Shown here: in pieces, positions 38,837-52,285 of the stretch
Layout: every line of letters starts with the position of its first letter
How positions within the stretch are numbered: position 1 is the first letter of the stretch
Source: Octopus vulgaris
Lineage: Eukaryota
Direction of reading: 5' to 3'
Assembly: GCA_951406725.2 (NCBI GenBank)
Contig: OX597832.1
Location: forward strand, 63,674,001 to 63,738,000
Length of the DNA stretch: 64,000 nucleotides
The notes under the pieces: model-generated
What the model saw: the letters and a program-made list of their open reading frames with translations, nothing else
The model's database searches: none
What the model was told of the DNA's origin: nothing
Position numbers and translations under genes: made by a program

Positions 38837-39220
38837 TAGACTGAGTTCCTTTTCTGCAAATTGAGTTTCATGCTACAGCAATCATTGGGTGAGAACTGGT
38901 CACTTGGTATAAAACTAGTTCTTCCCTAATGGTTGCAGTAGTATGAAGCTTGAGTTGTAACAAAGAGGTTTCATCTGAAAAAAAGCATATACTTTACAGC
39001 AGGTACTAAATACTCTGTTCCACATTCATTGAAGAAAGTAACATTGGAATATGTAAATATGTGTGTGTGCACAGATGTGCGTGTATTTGTGTGTAGAATT
39101 TCGGTGCATTATACTCAACAGAAATTGCACAACTGGGCAAAGTTCAAGGTAGTATATGCATGTTGTCCGTCTTACAAATTCTTTCCTTTCACCCCCATCC
39201 CTACCCCTGGCACCAATGAA

Positions 39221-39588
39221 TCAGTAGAACCGATCGACTCGATATAGACTGACATAGCCACACCGCCTCTCTTTTAGTCTCTCTAAGAAGTCCTTTGCCT
39301 TATGTATGTGTGACAGTCCTTCACTGCACTCGCACAGAACAAGGAAAGTAAATTTTGTGTCCTGGTGTACTTTCTTGTATAATGTGATACGGTTGAGTTT
39401 CAACTCATCGGGACATTTCCACAGCAGATAATCCGCACCACTCCAGCTGCGCCATGTCCTCTCCAGAGTCGAGAGGTTGCCTTCTGTTTGGAAAGCCGAA
39501 AAGAAATAAGTTGTTGAGGTGTTCATGGGTCGTTTAGGAAGATCAGCAATGCCATGTCGGCCAACGCAGTCAACCTGACAGTAAGGAT
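39221..39588 (-). CDS. Terminal coding exon: (D)PYCQVDCVGRHGIADLPKRPMNTSTTYFFSAFQTEGNLSTLERTWRSWSGADYLLWKCPDELKLNRITLYKKVHQDTKFTFLVLCECSEGLSHIHKAKDFLERLKERRCGYVSLYRVDRFY*
   Basis: Acceptor tttctaattcaaatatcctcag (AG at 39590-39589), phase 1, open to TGA at 39223-39221. The three exons sum to 678 nt = 225 aa + stop. Motifs LERTWxxWSGA, RITLYK and LxxRRCGYVxLY recall DUF7153 proteins (from memory, needs an HMM check). Confidence 0.92.
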
Positions 39589-39977
39589 CTGAGGATATTT
39601 GAATTAGAAAAAAGGAGAAACCAGAATTAGTTAAATAGCCATAAATTAATTAATTCATTAATTACATGATGAAATTAATAATTCATAATAATGAATGTTT
39701 ATGATACTTGAAATAGAAGACATTGCTGTGTGTGTCCCCTATTTTAGGAAAAAGAACAACATATCGTTACATGTCAATGAATCAGCTTAAATATTTCCCC
39801 ATTCTATGTTCAAATTGGCAAGATCCAGCCTCTCATACCTATCCTATAATGTCATTCTAAAAATAACAATCAACATGCTTTGAAATAATGCAGGATTAAT
39901 TCAAAACAATGCAAATAAATAAGCATTACATTTGACAGAGTAATTTGAACATTAACAAGGTTTAATATTGGGGAACT

Positions 39978-40170
39978 GGAGAGTCACTAGAACATTGGAG
40001 AGTCGCTTGAGCATTGGAGAGTCGCTTGAGCATTGGAGAGTTGCTAGAGCATCAGAGAGTCACTAGAGCATTGGAGAGTCGCTTGAGCTTTGAACAGTTG
40101 CTAGGACATCAGAGTCACTAGAGCATTGGAGAGTTGCTAGAGCATTGGAAAGTCACTAGAGCATCAGAGA
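39978..40170. repeat. 19-bp minisatellite (ggagagtcactagagcatt), ~10 units, in intron 2
   Basis: Direct tandem units that run into a degenerate family B SINE. Confidence 0.9.
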
Positions 40171-41135
40171 GAATGCTTTGTGGTATTTGTTCTGATCCAT
40201 TGTTTGCTGAGTTCAAATCCAGCTGAAGTTAAGTTTACCATACAACTTTTCAGGGTCAATAAAAAAATACTGTTTAAAGGCAATGGATTGAAGGGACTAT
40301 AAAAATGTTGGACTAAATGCCTTGTGGTAATTACTCCAGGTTTTCGTGTACTGAGTTCAAATCCCACTGTGGATTACATGGGTGGTAGACTTAGCCTGTT
40401 TCCTGGTTTAATATGACCACTAGCCACCTTGAGTCTTTTTAGTAGAGTCTGTCCTGTTGCAGGCATTCAGGTAGGGACTCTGCAGTTGAGGATAGCTTGC
40501 TCCTCCCACCAACAAGTCTTGGAGGCTTGGAAAAGGCCATGGGTACTGCCTTTCCTTCCTCGCTAAAAAAATGCAAAAAAAAAAAATGTTTAGAAGTGGC
40601 CAAAAGTGTTGACATTTGACCAAAAACACAGTCCTCAAGGTTAATCTGTACCAGATGACCATATATTTTCAGTGGGAATGAGGGGGCTGTGGGTTAGATT
40701 AACTTACAGATATTCCAGTTTAACATAAACCATATCAACCCCAGTCATCTTGGAGGGTCATCAAACATGATGGCCACTACCCAACCATCTCTGGTTAAGA
40801 GAAAACAAGGATAAAACATTAAATAAAGTTGGAGTATCTACACCTATGACTTCTAGGGTAGACTCCTTTGGTTAAAAGGTTCCATATGGGTAGTGAAGTA
40901 GACCAAATTTTTAGGTGGTAGGCCCTAATTCAACACCCAGCATAATACCACCACCTGGATTTGCTCAAGAATTTGAACCATTTGTCTTCTGGTTTGAGAA
41001 TAATTCAGTATTCCAGTTTAGGTCACACAAGTTGTTACTTTTTAACTTTTTTCCTTCAGCAGTGTTGAAAGTTGTCTGAATAAGCCATAAAAATATTACT
41101 GGTGTGGCCCTTGCTCATCTGAATAAAGCATTTAA

Positions 41136-41355
41136 CCTGTTTGTTACAATATTTCTCTTGTGTCGATTTCTGTGTTTCGATTAATTTCTAAAATAATGAA
41201 GAATTTAATAAAACAACTTTATCATCATTCAGCTGGTATTTGAAACATAACTCAGCATGGAATTTTGATTGAAGGTTTTAATTTAGATAAGTTTAAAACA
41301 TGAGGTTTGTATCATGGACCCAGGAATGATCTCTGGTGAGATGGTATCAAAATGG
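41136..41355. mobile_element. piggyBac-type MITE (220 bp)
   Basis: TTAA|CC...GG|TTAA; reverse-oriented relative of 57482-57701. Confidence 0.7.
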
Positions 41356-41497
41356 TTAAGTACATGTATTATAAAAGGTTGGACACCTTACCGTTCTTCT
41401 TCTGACTAAACCCAAAAGTAATTCTAAAATCTCAAAACTCATCTCTCACTCTTTAATAAATGAAACAAAGAAAAAAATGAACTGGTTTTATTTTTAC

Positions 41498-41641
41498 CTG
41501 CTCTAATTCCATTGGATGTTTTTACAGGTTCAATAACTCTTCGTTGTCCACCTACAATTTCATAGTTTGGGAAATAGTTGTTCAAGTCGACAGGTTGGTC
41601 TGGGCAATCAAGAACTGCATAGTCTATGTAAGGAAATAGTG
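41498..41641 (-). CDS. Internal coding exon (144 nt, phase 1-1): (P)LFPYIDYAVLDCPDQPVDLNNYFPNYEIVGGQRRVIEPVKTSNGIRA
   Basis: Acceptor ttttattttcctgttttccag (AG at 41643-41642), donor CAG|GTAAAA at 41497. Complex sequence, in frame with both flanking exons. Confidence 0.88.
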
Positions 41642-42329
41642 CTGGAAAACAGGAAAATAAAACAAGGTAAAGGTTTAGCTGTAAGTAGGTCCTGCACGGT
41701 ATAGCATGATACAATAGAATAGGTACTGGAGTGGATATGTGGTTGAGAAACTTGCTTCACAATCATGTACACTTAGGTTTAATCCCATAGCACAATACCT
41801 TGGGCAAAAGTCTTTTTACAATATCCCAGAGCCGAGTACAACCTTGTGAGTAGATCTTGATAAAGGAAACAGAAAGAAGCCCATTGTGTGTGTGCATGTG
41901 TGTGTGTGTGTGTGCATACATATGTATATTCTGACAATACATGACTGTGAACAGGCACCAGTACAAAAAATATTGAAAACCTGTTTGGCCCTGGGGGAAG
42001 GATGGGGGAATAATACCTTGCTTGGAATCAAGTGAGGGTTGATGACAGGAAGTGCTTCCTATCCTGTCCATAACAAAATCTACCTCAACAAATTCTGACT
42101 GACCCACAAAAACCTGGACAAGTGGATGTTAAATGATGGTGAATAAATGGCCCTGTATCAATAACCAACACACTTAACTGTCAATAGAGTCTGGTCAAGC
42201 TGATTGCAAACAAGTACCATGGTATGGTATAGCTTCCTGTACTCTATGTATAGTTAAGATACTTAATTATCAACTGCCCAGTCAGCCAGTACATCCTACT
42301 AAACTGTATCCATAGCCCAGTCATGTAAC

Positions 42330-42604
42330 CAGGGCTGTGGAGCTGGAGTCATGGAGTTGGAAATAATTAAGGGGTAGCTGGAGTCGGAGTTGGTAAAACT
42401 ATACTGACTCCAACTCACAATATCTTTATTCTTTAAAATAAACCAGTTATAACATACTGGCCTACTCAAAGTACAAGCATATGCATACACTTTATGAGAT
42501 ATGTAGACCACAATCATTTAATTACATAAAGATGAGTCAGAGTCGAAGGTGCTAATAGTAGAGGAGTCAGAGTCAAAGTTTTTTGTTTTGATTCCACAGC
42601 CCTG
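42330..42604. mobile_element. hAT-type MITE with 8-bp TSD
   Basis: CATGTAAC|CAGGGCTGTGGA...TCCACAGCCCTG|CATGTAAC, with internal GGAGTC repeats. Confidence 0.92.
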
Positions 42605-42789
42605 CATGTAACTATTACTAGCTCTGTTAAAACAGCAGTAAATAAGTATTACACTGTAGCATAAATCACAGAATTGTCAATAATCCAGTCTACTTAGCAG
42701 TAAGTAGGTTAAACAATCTAGTATGGTTCACTCTACTATTGTGATGAGTCAACAGTTTTGCAGTATTTTGTTAACAAATACAGCCAAGC

Positions 42790-43000
42790 ATTCAAAGTAG
42801 AGGCCATTGTGTTGCACCGTCTGAAGTCACCTTTCTGCCTGTTCTTTGGTTGCACGCTCATAACAGTTCTTGCCATTTGGGATAAAGATCTGCTTCATTG
42901 AAGGTTCCACCTCGTCTTGGTTGATGAAACATTGCACAAGCAGGAAGCAAGCCATCGATTGGAACAAGTAATAATCTGAGAGAGCTAAGTCCAGACTATC
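42790..43000 (-). mobile_element. mariner transposase C-terminal fragment
   Basis: SLDLALSDYYLFQSM (compare YSPDLAPSDYHLFRSM)...ER*LQTVQHNGLYFE. Confidence 0.85.
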
Positions 43001-44648
43001 TGTACATACACCCACACATAAACACAACCCCCTTCCCTCATAAACATACACACACAAACACAGACCCACAAACACACAAACACACACAGTCACACCCATA
43101 CACATATGATGGGCTTCATTCAGTTTCCATCTCCTCACAAAGCTTTGGTCAGCCTAAGGCTATAGTAGAAGACACTTGAAAAAAAGGTGCTATGGGATTG
43201 AACCCAGAGCCATGTGGTTGGGAAGCAAGCTTCTTACAGCTCAAACATGCCTATCTAAAAAAAAAAAGGGTGGATGGTCATGATTAGAACAGTTTTGGTC
43301 ATTTGTCAGTTGAATCAGGTCTGATATGGCACCAAACAATAGCAACAACAACACATGATAACAATACCAACAACAGCAACAATATGTGTCATAGGTCACT
43401 GAGGGAACTTCGGGATGAATACTTCACATGCTAGTAATAGCAGCCAGATTACATCCTGCTGTCTTGAAATAAGTAGGACACATTGGATAATGTAGCCTAG
43501 ATATCTTTCCTTTTATATTTTACTTGTTTCAGTTTTTGGACTGTGGCCATGGTGGAACACTACTTTCTCTCTCTCTCTCTCTTACAAGTTATGGGGATGT
43601 AAACATACCAACACTGGTTGTCAAGCAGTGGTGGGAGACAAACACACAGACACACACAGATCCCCCCCACACACACGTACACACATGTGATGAGTTTCTT
43701 TTAGTTCTGTCTACCAAATCCACTTACAAAGCTTTTGATTGGCCCATGACTATTTATTAAACATACCAAAGACCGGATAGTCACAGCTGGATGTTTTCAA
43801 TCATAGGTCTGCTCTGTGTTGACTGACATGGGGCTAAGCAACAACAACAACAACAACAACATCAACAACAGCACATGTGTTGTTTAGCTTCAATTCCAGT
43901 TGACATGCCATAATCTCCCCACACCCCACCGATTATCTCCCAGCAGCTTGTTCCGCCATGCATGTCACTATCCAGTTGCGTGGTGCAGCCAGCTCACTCA
44001 CTACAACCCAACTGGAATGTATATTTTTAACAAACAGCTGACCTGATTAACACAGGTAAAACTTATAAGACAGAAATCAATACCACATGACTCTTGTTTG
44101 AGTTAGGTTTCCATAACGAGCCGGCCAAATAAAGTAGGTAGCCGGATACATCACAAATAGGGCTGGATGGGGGAGGGGACGATTGCATTCTTTTTCTGTC
44201 TTTTGATGACTGCTTTGATGCAGATGACACCTCACACTTGCTTTGTATGTCATTCATTTCATAACAATTAAAAAGTATAAATTAACGAGCTGGCCAGATA
44301 TAGCAAGTGGTTCATTATGTTGTATTCAAGGGAAAAGATTATCTTTTCTGTCCACTGATGTTTGATTGATGCAAATTACATCTCTCACTTGCAAATAGTT
44401 TATTCTTATCATTCATGACTAAAGCCTTGAGAGTGGATGGTAGCGCATAGTGTTGATGTGTGTGTGTATTTATATATATATTTTTATATATATATATATA
44501 TATAAATACACATTAAGTACAGGATATCACCAATGCGCAAAAAACACATGAGAGATGAGTACAGGACAAAATACCAAAAAATACACAATAAAAACAGGAC
44601 ATCAACAATGAGTGAAAACTAGATACACACACACATATATATATATAA

Positions 44649-44703
<55 letters not shown>

Positions 44704-44731
44704 CACACACATCTATCTATATATATACACA

Positions 44732-44777
<46 letters not shown>

Positions 44778-44931
44778 GTCAATTGAAATAAACAAATAAA
44801 AAACGAAAAAAAACCAACATGAGGATGTGCACAAGAAATGTGTTATCTTGATGCTCGGTGAAAGGAGAATGGAGAAAAGGGAAAAGTCCAAACATAGAGA
44901 TGTAAATGCTAATGGCAAATGCACATATATA

Positions 44932-44982
<51 letters not shown>

Positions 44983-45077
44983 TCACACATATATATACAT
45001 ACACACATGATGCATGTGTGTTTGTAAGTGAATGCATCTTATCTGCAATGAACTGTATTCAAATTTCTGTATGTGTC

Positions 45078-45130
<53 letters not shown>

Positions 45131-45374
45131 ATGTATGTATGTATGTATGTATGTATGTATGTATGTATGTATGTATGTCTGTATGTATGTATGTATGTGT
45201 GTATATGTTATATCCATTATATACATTTAATATCTATCCATCTTCCTACCTATCTATCTGTCTGTCCTTCTATATATGTATATACTGTGCAGAGAATTAT
45301 ATAATTATGTGTTGTAAATGTGTTTGTGTATAGTTGTGTATATTCATAAATGTGTTTTCATGTGCATGTGTGCA

Positions 45375-45405
<31 letters not shown>

Positions 45406-45668
45406 TTGTGTGTGCATGCATGTATGCGTAAGTGAGCATTAATGAAAATCTCCTGGGATTTTGCCAATGTTAAAAATAATATAAACAATCATTTTTAACA
45501 CTGACACAATTGCAGAAATTCTTTGAGAATGGGGTTTATAGTCAGAGGAATAGAGTTCTAGTAACTCTTTACTGATTCTTCTTGTTATAAACCTTGAAAA
45601 GACAAAAAGCGAAGTTTCCTTAGGCAGAATTTGAACTCAGAACGTGAAGTGACACAGATAAAGAATAC

Positions 45669-45718
<50 letters not shown>

Positions 45719-45776
45719 GTATGTATGTATGTATGTATGTATGTATGTATGTATGTATGTATGTATCTATCTATCA

Positions 45777-45839
<63 letters not shown>

Positions 45840-46709
45840 GGACTCTCTTGTCAAAGACAATGTATGGGGTGTTCAGTGTTTTGCAGAATGACCTGCACAA
45901 ATGAGTTGTTGCTAGTGATCAAATGTTCCTGCTGCACATTCGCTCACTCTCTCCATAAAATTGATGTCGCCCGAACAGGTGCACAGTGTGCCATGTGTCA
46001 GGTGTTGACGTGATCGCAGAGCAGTGCGAGTCTACGAATTGAAACCACAATCTTGTGATCATAAGTACAATACCCTAACCACAAGGCCCCACACACCCAC
46101 ACCCACACATATAAACACATACTCTTATAGATATATAAACAATGATAATGAATTAATTCCAACTACTACAACCATCAAGACCACCACCACCACCACCATC
46201 ATCACAACCGGTACTTTCAAAGGATGAGGAAGGAGAGGGCACAGTGCTTTATCCTTATTGACATATCCCCCATCAGGTGCCAAGTTAACTAAATGCAGCT
46301 TACAGTGTTACTGTTATTACTGTATAAAAGATAAATTAGAAAACGGGAGAAAACGAAAGAGAGAGAAAGATAAGAGTTAAAAACAACAGACTTAAGTATT
46401 TGTTTAATCTTTCTGTGGAAACACCTTATCCAAATATATTTGTTGTTCATCCTGACACTTGCAAACACTAGACGAGATCTTGTTTTATGAATCTGTTGTC
46501 TGATGCAACGTAGATGGGCTTGGTGGAGTGTGGGTGGATTTGAATGAATGTGGGTGGATTTGAACAAATGCGGGTGGATTTGTACGATTGCGGGTGGATT
46601 TGTACGATTGCGGGTGGATTTGTACAATTGCGGGTGGATTTGTACGATTGCGGGTGGATTTGTACGATTGCGGGTGGATTTGAATGAGTATGGGTGGATT
46701 TTTTCTTTC

Positions 46710-47097
46710 ATTCTTTTACTTGTTTCAGTCATTTGACTGTGGCCATGCTAGAGCACTGCTTTTAGTTGAACAAATCGATCCCAAGGCTTATTCTTCCTTA
46801 GCCTAGTACTTATGCTATTGGTCTCTTTTGACGAATCACTTAGTTACGGGGACGTAAACACACCAACATCAGTTGTCAAGTGATGGTGGTGGGGACAAAC
46901 GCAGACACAAAGATACACACACACACATATATACGACGGGTTTCTTTCAGTTTCTGCCTACCAAATCCATTCACAAGGCTTTGGTCGGCCTGAGGCTATA
47001 GTAGAAGATACTTGCTCAAGACGCCATGCAGTGGGACTGAACCCAGAACCATGTGGTTGGGAAGCAAGCTTCTTACCACACAGCCACTCCTGTGCCT
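46710..47097 (-). mobile_element. Full-length family A SINE
   Basis: Head ggcacaggagtggctgtgtggtaagaag...gggttcagtccc (A/B boxes) through tail gactgaaacaagtaaaaga. Confidence 0.9.
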
Positions 47098-47314
47098 AGT
47101 GTAGGGGGGTACCCTTCTACCTTTACCCTAGGTTAGTTTGGTGGAATGAAGACGGATCTGGTGGAGTGTGGTTGGATTTGGTGGAGTGAAGTTTGTCTCG
47201 ATGGAGTGTGGATGAATTTGGTGAAGTGTAAGTTAGATTGGGGGAGTGTGGGTGGATTTAGTGTGATATGGATAGACTTGAAGGAGTGTGGTGGAATTGG
47301 TGGAGTGTATCATA

Positions 47315-47672
47315 GTCATGGCTGATGCCAGTGGCATCTGAATGGCACCTGTGCTGGTGGCACGTAAAAAGCACCATTCGAGTGTTGGGCCTCATGGAGG
47401 CAGTGACAGGTGAGCGAGACCCTTGGCAATACACCAGGCTTGTCTTGACTTGTCAAGCCAAGTGAGAACATAATCATGGCTGCTACCAGTGGCACATAAG
47501 GAACACCCACTACACTCTTGGAGTGGTTGGCATTAGGAAGGCATCCAAGCATAGAAACTTTGCCAAATCAGATTGGAACCTGGGTGCAGCACCCTTAGCT
47601 TACCAGTTTTCAGTCAAACCGTCCTAACCATGCCAGCATAGAAAGCGGATGTTAAACGATAATGATCATGAT
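47315..47672 (+). mobile_element. Retroposon 3' segment (family D) ending in (GAT)n
   Basis: gtggttggcattaggaaggcatcc...ccatgccagcatagaaagcggatgttaaacgat(gat)n. Further copies near 27310, 34130, 34330, 34750, 42030, 53190 and 58135. Confidence 0.8.
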
Positions 47673-47919
47673 GTAGGTGAGTCTAGTAGAGTGTAGATGA
47701 ATTTTGCAGAGTGTGGGTTTATTTTGTAGAGTGTAGTTAGATGTGGTGGAGTTTGGGTGGATTTGCCAGAGTGTATGTTGAACGTAAGAGTATTTGGTGG
47801 TATGTAGGTGAACCTGGTGCAATGTAGAGGCATTAGGTGGAGTGTAGGTGGATTTTGTGAAGTTTATGTCATTTTGATGGAGTGTGGTGGGGGGATGGAT
47901 TCAATATAATGGTTTATTA

Positions 47920-48156
47920 AGGTGGTGAGATGGCAGAAGCATTAGCATGCCGGGCGAAATACTTAGCAGTATTTTGTCTGCCAGTTCATTCTGAGTTCAA
48001 ATTCCACCGAGGTCGACTTTGCCTTTTATTCTTTTGGGGTTGATGAAATAAGTACCAGTTATACACTGGGGTCGATGTAATCGACTTAATCTCTTTGTCT
48101 GTCCTTGTTTGTCCACTCTATGTTTATCCCCCCCACCATGGGCAATAAAGAAATAA
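47920..48156 (+). mobile_element. Family B SINE
   Basis: ggtggtgagatggcagaagcattagc...gagttcaaattccaccgaggtcgactttgcc...taagtaccag. More copies near 3985, 23440, 26035, 48430, 49770, 53695-54337 and 55100. Confidence 0.85.
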
Positions 48157-49267
48157 ATATAATGGTTTAGTAAAGGGTAAGCTGAATTACTTCAGCGATA
48201 GTGGATTTCATGGAGTATAGGTTGTCTTGATGGAGTGTAAGTTCATTTGACAGTTTAGGTTGCTGTGGAGGAGTGGTGGTCATTTTAAGCTCATAGCAAT
48301 TCCTACTTAGTGCTAAAGAGATTACCAAATAATTGTCTTTGTCCTTTCATTATTACAGTAGCTGCTACTACTACTACTGCTGCTGCTGCAACTACTACTA
48401 CTACTACTTATGACATTTCTTTAGGCTCTTTATATTCTGAGTTCAAATTCCATCAAGGTTGACTTTGCTTTTTATCATTTTGGGTTGATAAAATAAGTAC
48501 CAGTTACGTACTGGGTTTGATGTAATCAAGTAGCCATCTCCAAAATTTTAGGCTTCATGCTTACAGTGGAAAGAATTATTACAGTGAAATATACCACAGT
48601 GTGATACCGAGGTGGACTGTGCAGTTGAAACATAGGAGTACTGACTTGGGACACAATGCAGTAAATAGTCCAGTACACCTAACTATAGAAAAGGTGCCAA
48701 AAATGGTATTTTGTGGTACTGACATACAGTTAGGTGGAGTAGGCATTTGAGAGTCCAGTGTCTCGGCTATGAGCACAGTAGTGTGTACAATACTATACCG
48801 TGGTACCTGTTTACACTTAGGTGGACTGAGCTGTTGACAGTTCAGTATCTTGATTAAAGACAGAAGACAGTTCCATTGATGGAATATGACGTATTGACCT
48901 TTTGGCGAGTTGCCTGTTATTATTCTTTGAAGTAAGTCTTTGAAGTAAACATTAGAAAGACAGGCAGAAATTGAAGGAGGGAAATAGAGAAAGAGTGAGA
49001 GTATACATACAGACACACACACACGTATGTATAAATATATATACATTTTGACATAAGTGTGTGTGTGTATGTGTATACACACACATACACATGAATACAT
49101 ACATACATACATATGACTGGGATTAAGAGATAAAAAGACATTGAAAGAGAGAAAAAGAGTGAGAGAAGAATATACTGAGAGACACATATGAGAAAGAAAA
49201 GAGAGAGAGAGAGAGAGAGGCATCCTTATTAGAGAGAAAGAGGCACCAACACTACTTCCACATCCCA

Positions 49268-49298
<31 letters not shown>

Positions 49299-49656
49299 TC
49301 ATCACCAGTTGCCACTTTTATATCACATTCAGTAATCCTTTAATCTACAAAATCTATCGTTCCATTAATCAAGAACTCGTACCACTTCAATCCGTGTTTC
49401 TTTTGATATTTTTGGAACTGATTCAAAAAGAATTGCGGAATAATTTTCCATTGTCTATATATATTATCTAAGAACTCATAATAGATTATTATTATTATTA
49501 TTGTTGTTGTTGTTGTTATTATCATTGTTATTATCACTAAGATTAACTTTGCTTTTCATCTTTTCAGGGATCAATAAAATAAATTATCCAATATTGGAGT
49601 CAATTTAATTGGTAATATTTGAGGGTCTTGAACCCTCCTCCTCCTCCTCCTTATAC

Positions 49657-49699
<43 letters not shown>

Positions 49700-51940
49700 C
49701 ATTATTATTATTATTATTATTATTATCCTCATTATTATTATTGTTATTATCGTTATTGATATTATTATTAAGGTGGTAAGTTGGCAGAATTCATAGCATG
49801 CTGTAAGAAATGCTTAGCAACAATTCTTCCAGCTTTACATTCTAAGTTCAAGTGCTGCCAAAGTGACTTTGACTTTCATCCTCTCAGGGTCAATGAAATA
49901 AATACTAGTTGAGCAATGGGGGCGGGGGGAAGAGGTCAATGTAATCAACTAGTGCCCTCCCCATAAAATTCAGGCCTTGCACCTATAGCAGAAAGGGCCA
50001 CTGCCACCGCTGCTGCTGCCACCACACAACAACAACAGCAGCAGCCGCCGCTGCCACCACCACCACCACCACCACCACCACCACCGTGTTTTGAATTAAA
50101 TGGACATGTTTGAATTATTTCTGTTGAAGAATTTAGACTCTTCATGCTTTGATTTAAAGGAATAAAGCTGTTTCAGATAATTTTACTAAGAGAAGATTTT
50201 GGAACAGTTCCAGTGTCAATCCTACTTTTATCTAAGAATGAAAAATAAGATTTTTCTCTTTGGATAGTTTATTGGGGTCATAAGAAGACAAGTTCACCAT
50301 TGTGATGGCAGCATCAAAACCATTCTTAAGCATAAAAAAAAGCACACAATAAGAAAAAAAAGGGAAAAAGAAGAAAAGCTAACAACATTAAATTGACAAA
50401 GATGGAGAGGAAAAATAATGCTTTTGTGATAAATAATATGAGTGACATTAACTTGAACATTCATAGCAAGACGGCAAAATACAACAACAGCAACAATTCT
50501 TACACACACATATGCTTGCTAAAATTGCAAAATGGAATTATCTTTGTATATTTTTATGTTAGTAAATTTAAGTGGAAAACCAATTTTGTCAATTGTAAGT
50601 GTGATTTGCAACAGACAAATGTTGGGTTGGAATTTGACTGAATGAAAAAATGATGTGGCAACACTATGTAACAAAAACAAGTAGGTTTTTGCCTGATGCC
50701 ATCACACAAGCTTCATAAAGAAGGACTAAGGGTTAGATGCAATCTATTGAGCATGCCCTTTCTGTTACCAACCTTCAACAGGACTAGACCAGACCAGACA
50801 TGTTTTCATGGAAGACTGGAAATGAAGGACACTGCTTGCATGACGGTGACACTTGTTTACAACTATTATGTGATGGCAAGGCAAGTAGACAGTAACATAC
50901 ATGCACAAATACGATGGGCTTCATCCAGTTTCCACTTTACAAATTCACTCACAAGGCTATGGCTGATCCAAAGGTATAGCAGGAGATTCGAAGGTATTGC
51001 TCAAGGTGCCACACAGTGGAACTGGACCCTGAACCATGTGGTTGGGAAGCAAACTTCTTACAACACACCCATGCCTTCACACACACACATACACACATGC
51101 ATACACACACACACACACAGAGCTAGCTAAATGTGTGTGTGTGTTTGAGTGTGTGTTTATAGCTAAGGTATTTATGTTTTATAAAGATACCAACTACTTC
51201 AATCAGTAGTAGTACTACTACAACTACCATCACCACTACTAGAATCACTGCTGCACCACCACCACCACCACCACCACCACCACCACCGCCGCCGCCGCCG
51301 CTGCCGCCACCACCACCACCTGTTTTTCTTCTTTGTTGTTTCCATGCATCATTGAGAACAGATGAGAATATAGTTTTCGCAATATTGCCTTACAGTCTTA
51401 GGTTTCACAAGAATCATCATCATTCTCATTATAGCCATCATCTTCATCCTCATCACCATCTACAACACAAACCATCATTGTTGTCATCATCATGTTACAT
51501 CCCTCTTTCCAATGCCAACATGATTTAGGTAAGTTTTCTTTTATTTTTCCAGGAACTGAGTCAGTTCTTATTTGTTGTCACTGCCCCCTTAGATGGGCAA
51601 GGGACTATATACCCTGTTCATACATTTCATTTTTGATATGTTTTCCAGGTTTGTATGCCCTTTATATCACTCACCCCTTTACAGAATGTTTTGGGTGCAG
51701 CTCATTGTGGCACCTGCTCTTGCCATATATATCAAGTACACGTTTTTGATGTAAGCAACTAAAGTAGCATTAAATTAAAATTCCCATCTATACATCATAC
51801 ATGATATACATATACACCATTGACAGGTATGCTGCTGTGTTTTTCGCCTGAGATAAAATCTCTTTATACATGTGCTGTGTTAAAGGAAAAAAACAAAACG
51901 AAACACACACACACACACGCACATATATATATATAGATAA

Positions 51941-52285
51941 ATGCAGGAGTGGCTGTGTGGTAAGAAGCTTTCTTCCCAACCACATGGTTCTGGGTTCAAT
52001 CCCATTGTGTGGCACCTTGGGCAAGTGTCTTCTGCTATAGCTTCGGGCCAACCAAAGCTTTGAGTATGGATTTGGTAGAAGGAAACTGAAAGAAGCCTGT
52101 TGTGTATGTGTGTCTGCATTTGTCTCCCACCACTGCTTAACAAATGAGATGGATAGAATAAGTACCAGGCTGTAAAGCAAATATATAAAAGTAATGGGGT
52201 CGATTGATTTGACTAAAAATTCATCAAGATGGTGCTCCAGTATGGTCGCAGTCTAATGACTGAAACAAGTAAAATAATAAAAGAA
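51941..52285 (+). mobile_element. Family A SINE, antisense to the host gene
   Basis: A box tggctgtgtgg, B box ggttcaatccc, core ggcaccttgggcaagtgtctt, tail gactgaaacaagtaaaa. Confidence 0.88.

Larger units (their letters stand above)
46520..48285. repeat. 20-bp minisatellite (gtgggtggatttggtggagt / gcgggtggatttgtacgatt) split by three retroposon insertions
   Basis: Homogeneous units at 46570-46700; degenerate units at 47130-47310, 47673-47900 and 48170-48285. Confidence 0.8.

Noticed and set aside
44063-44257. ORF as an extra exon of the minus-strand gene
   Set aside because: The plausible donors are phase 0, while the next exon needs phase 1. The 63104 exon already joins cleanly.
48579-49268. 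Longest ORF (229 aa)
   Set aside because: Built from (GA)n/(CA)n repeats plus the 85-bp satellite.
51941-52015. tRNA genes at SINE heads
   Set aside because: A/B boxes are present but continue into SINE bodies without a proper acceptor stem or terminator.
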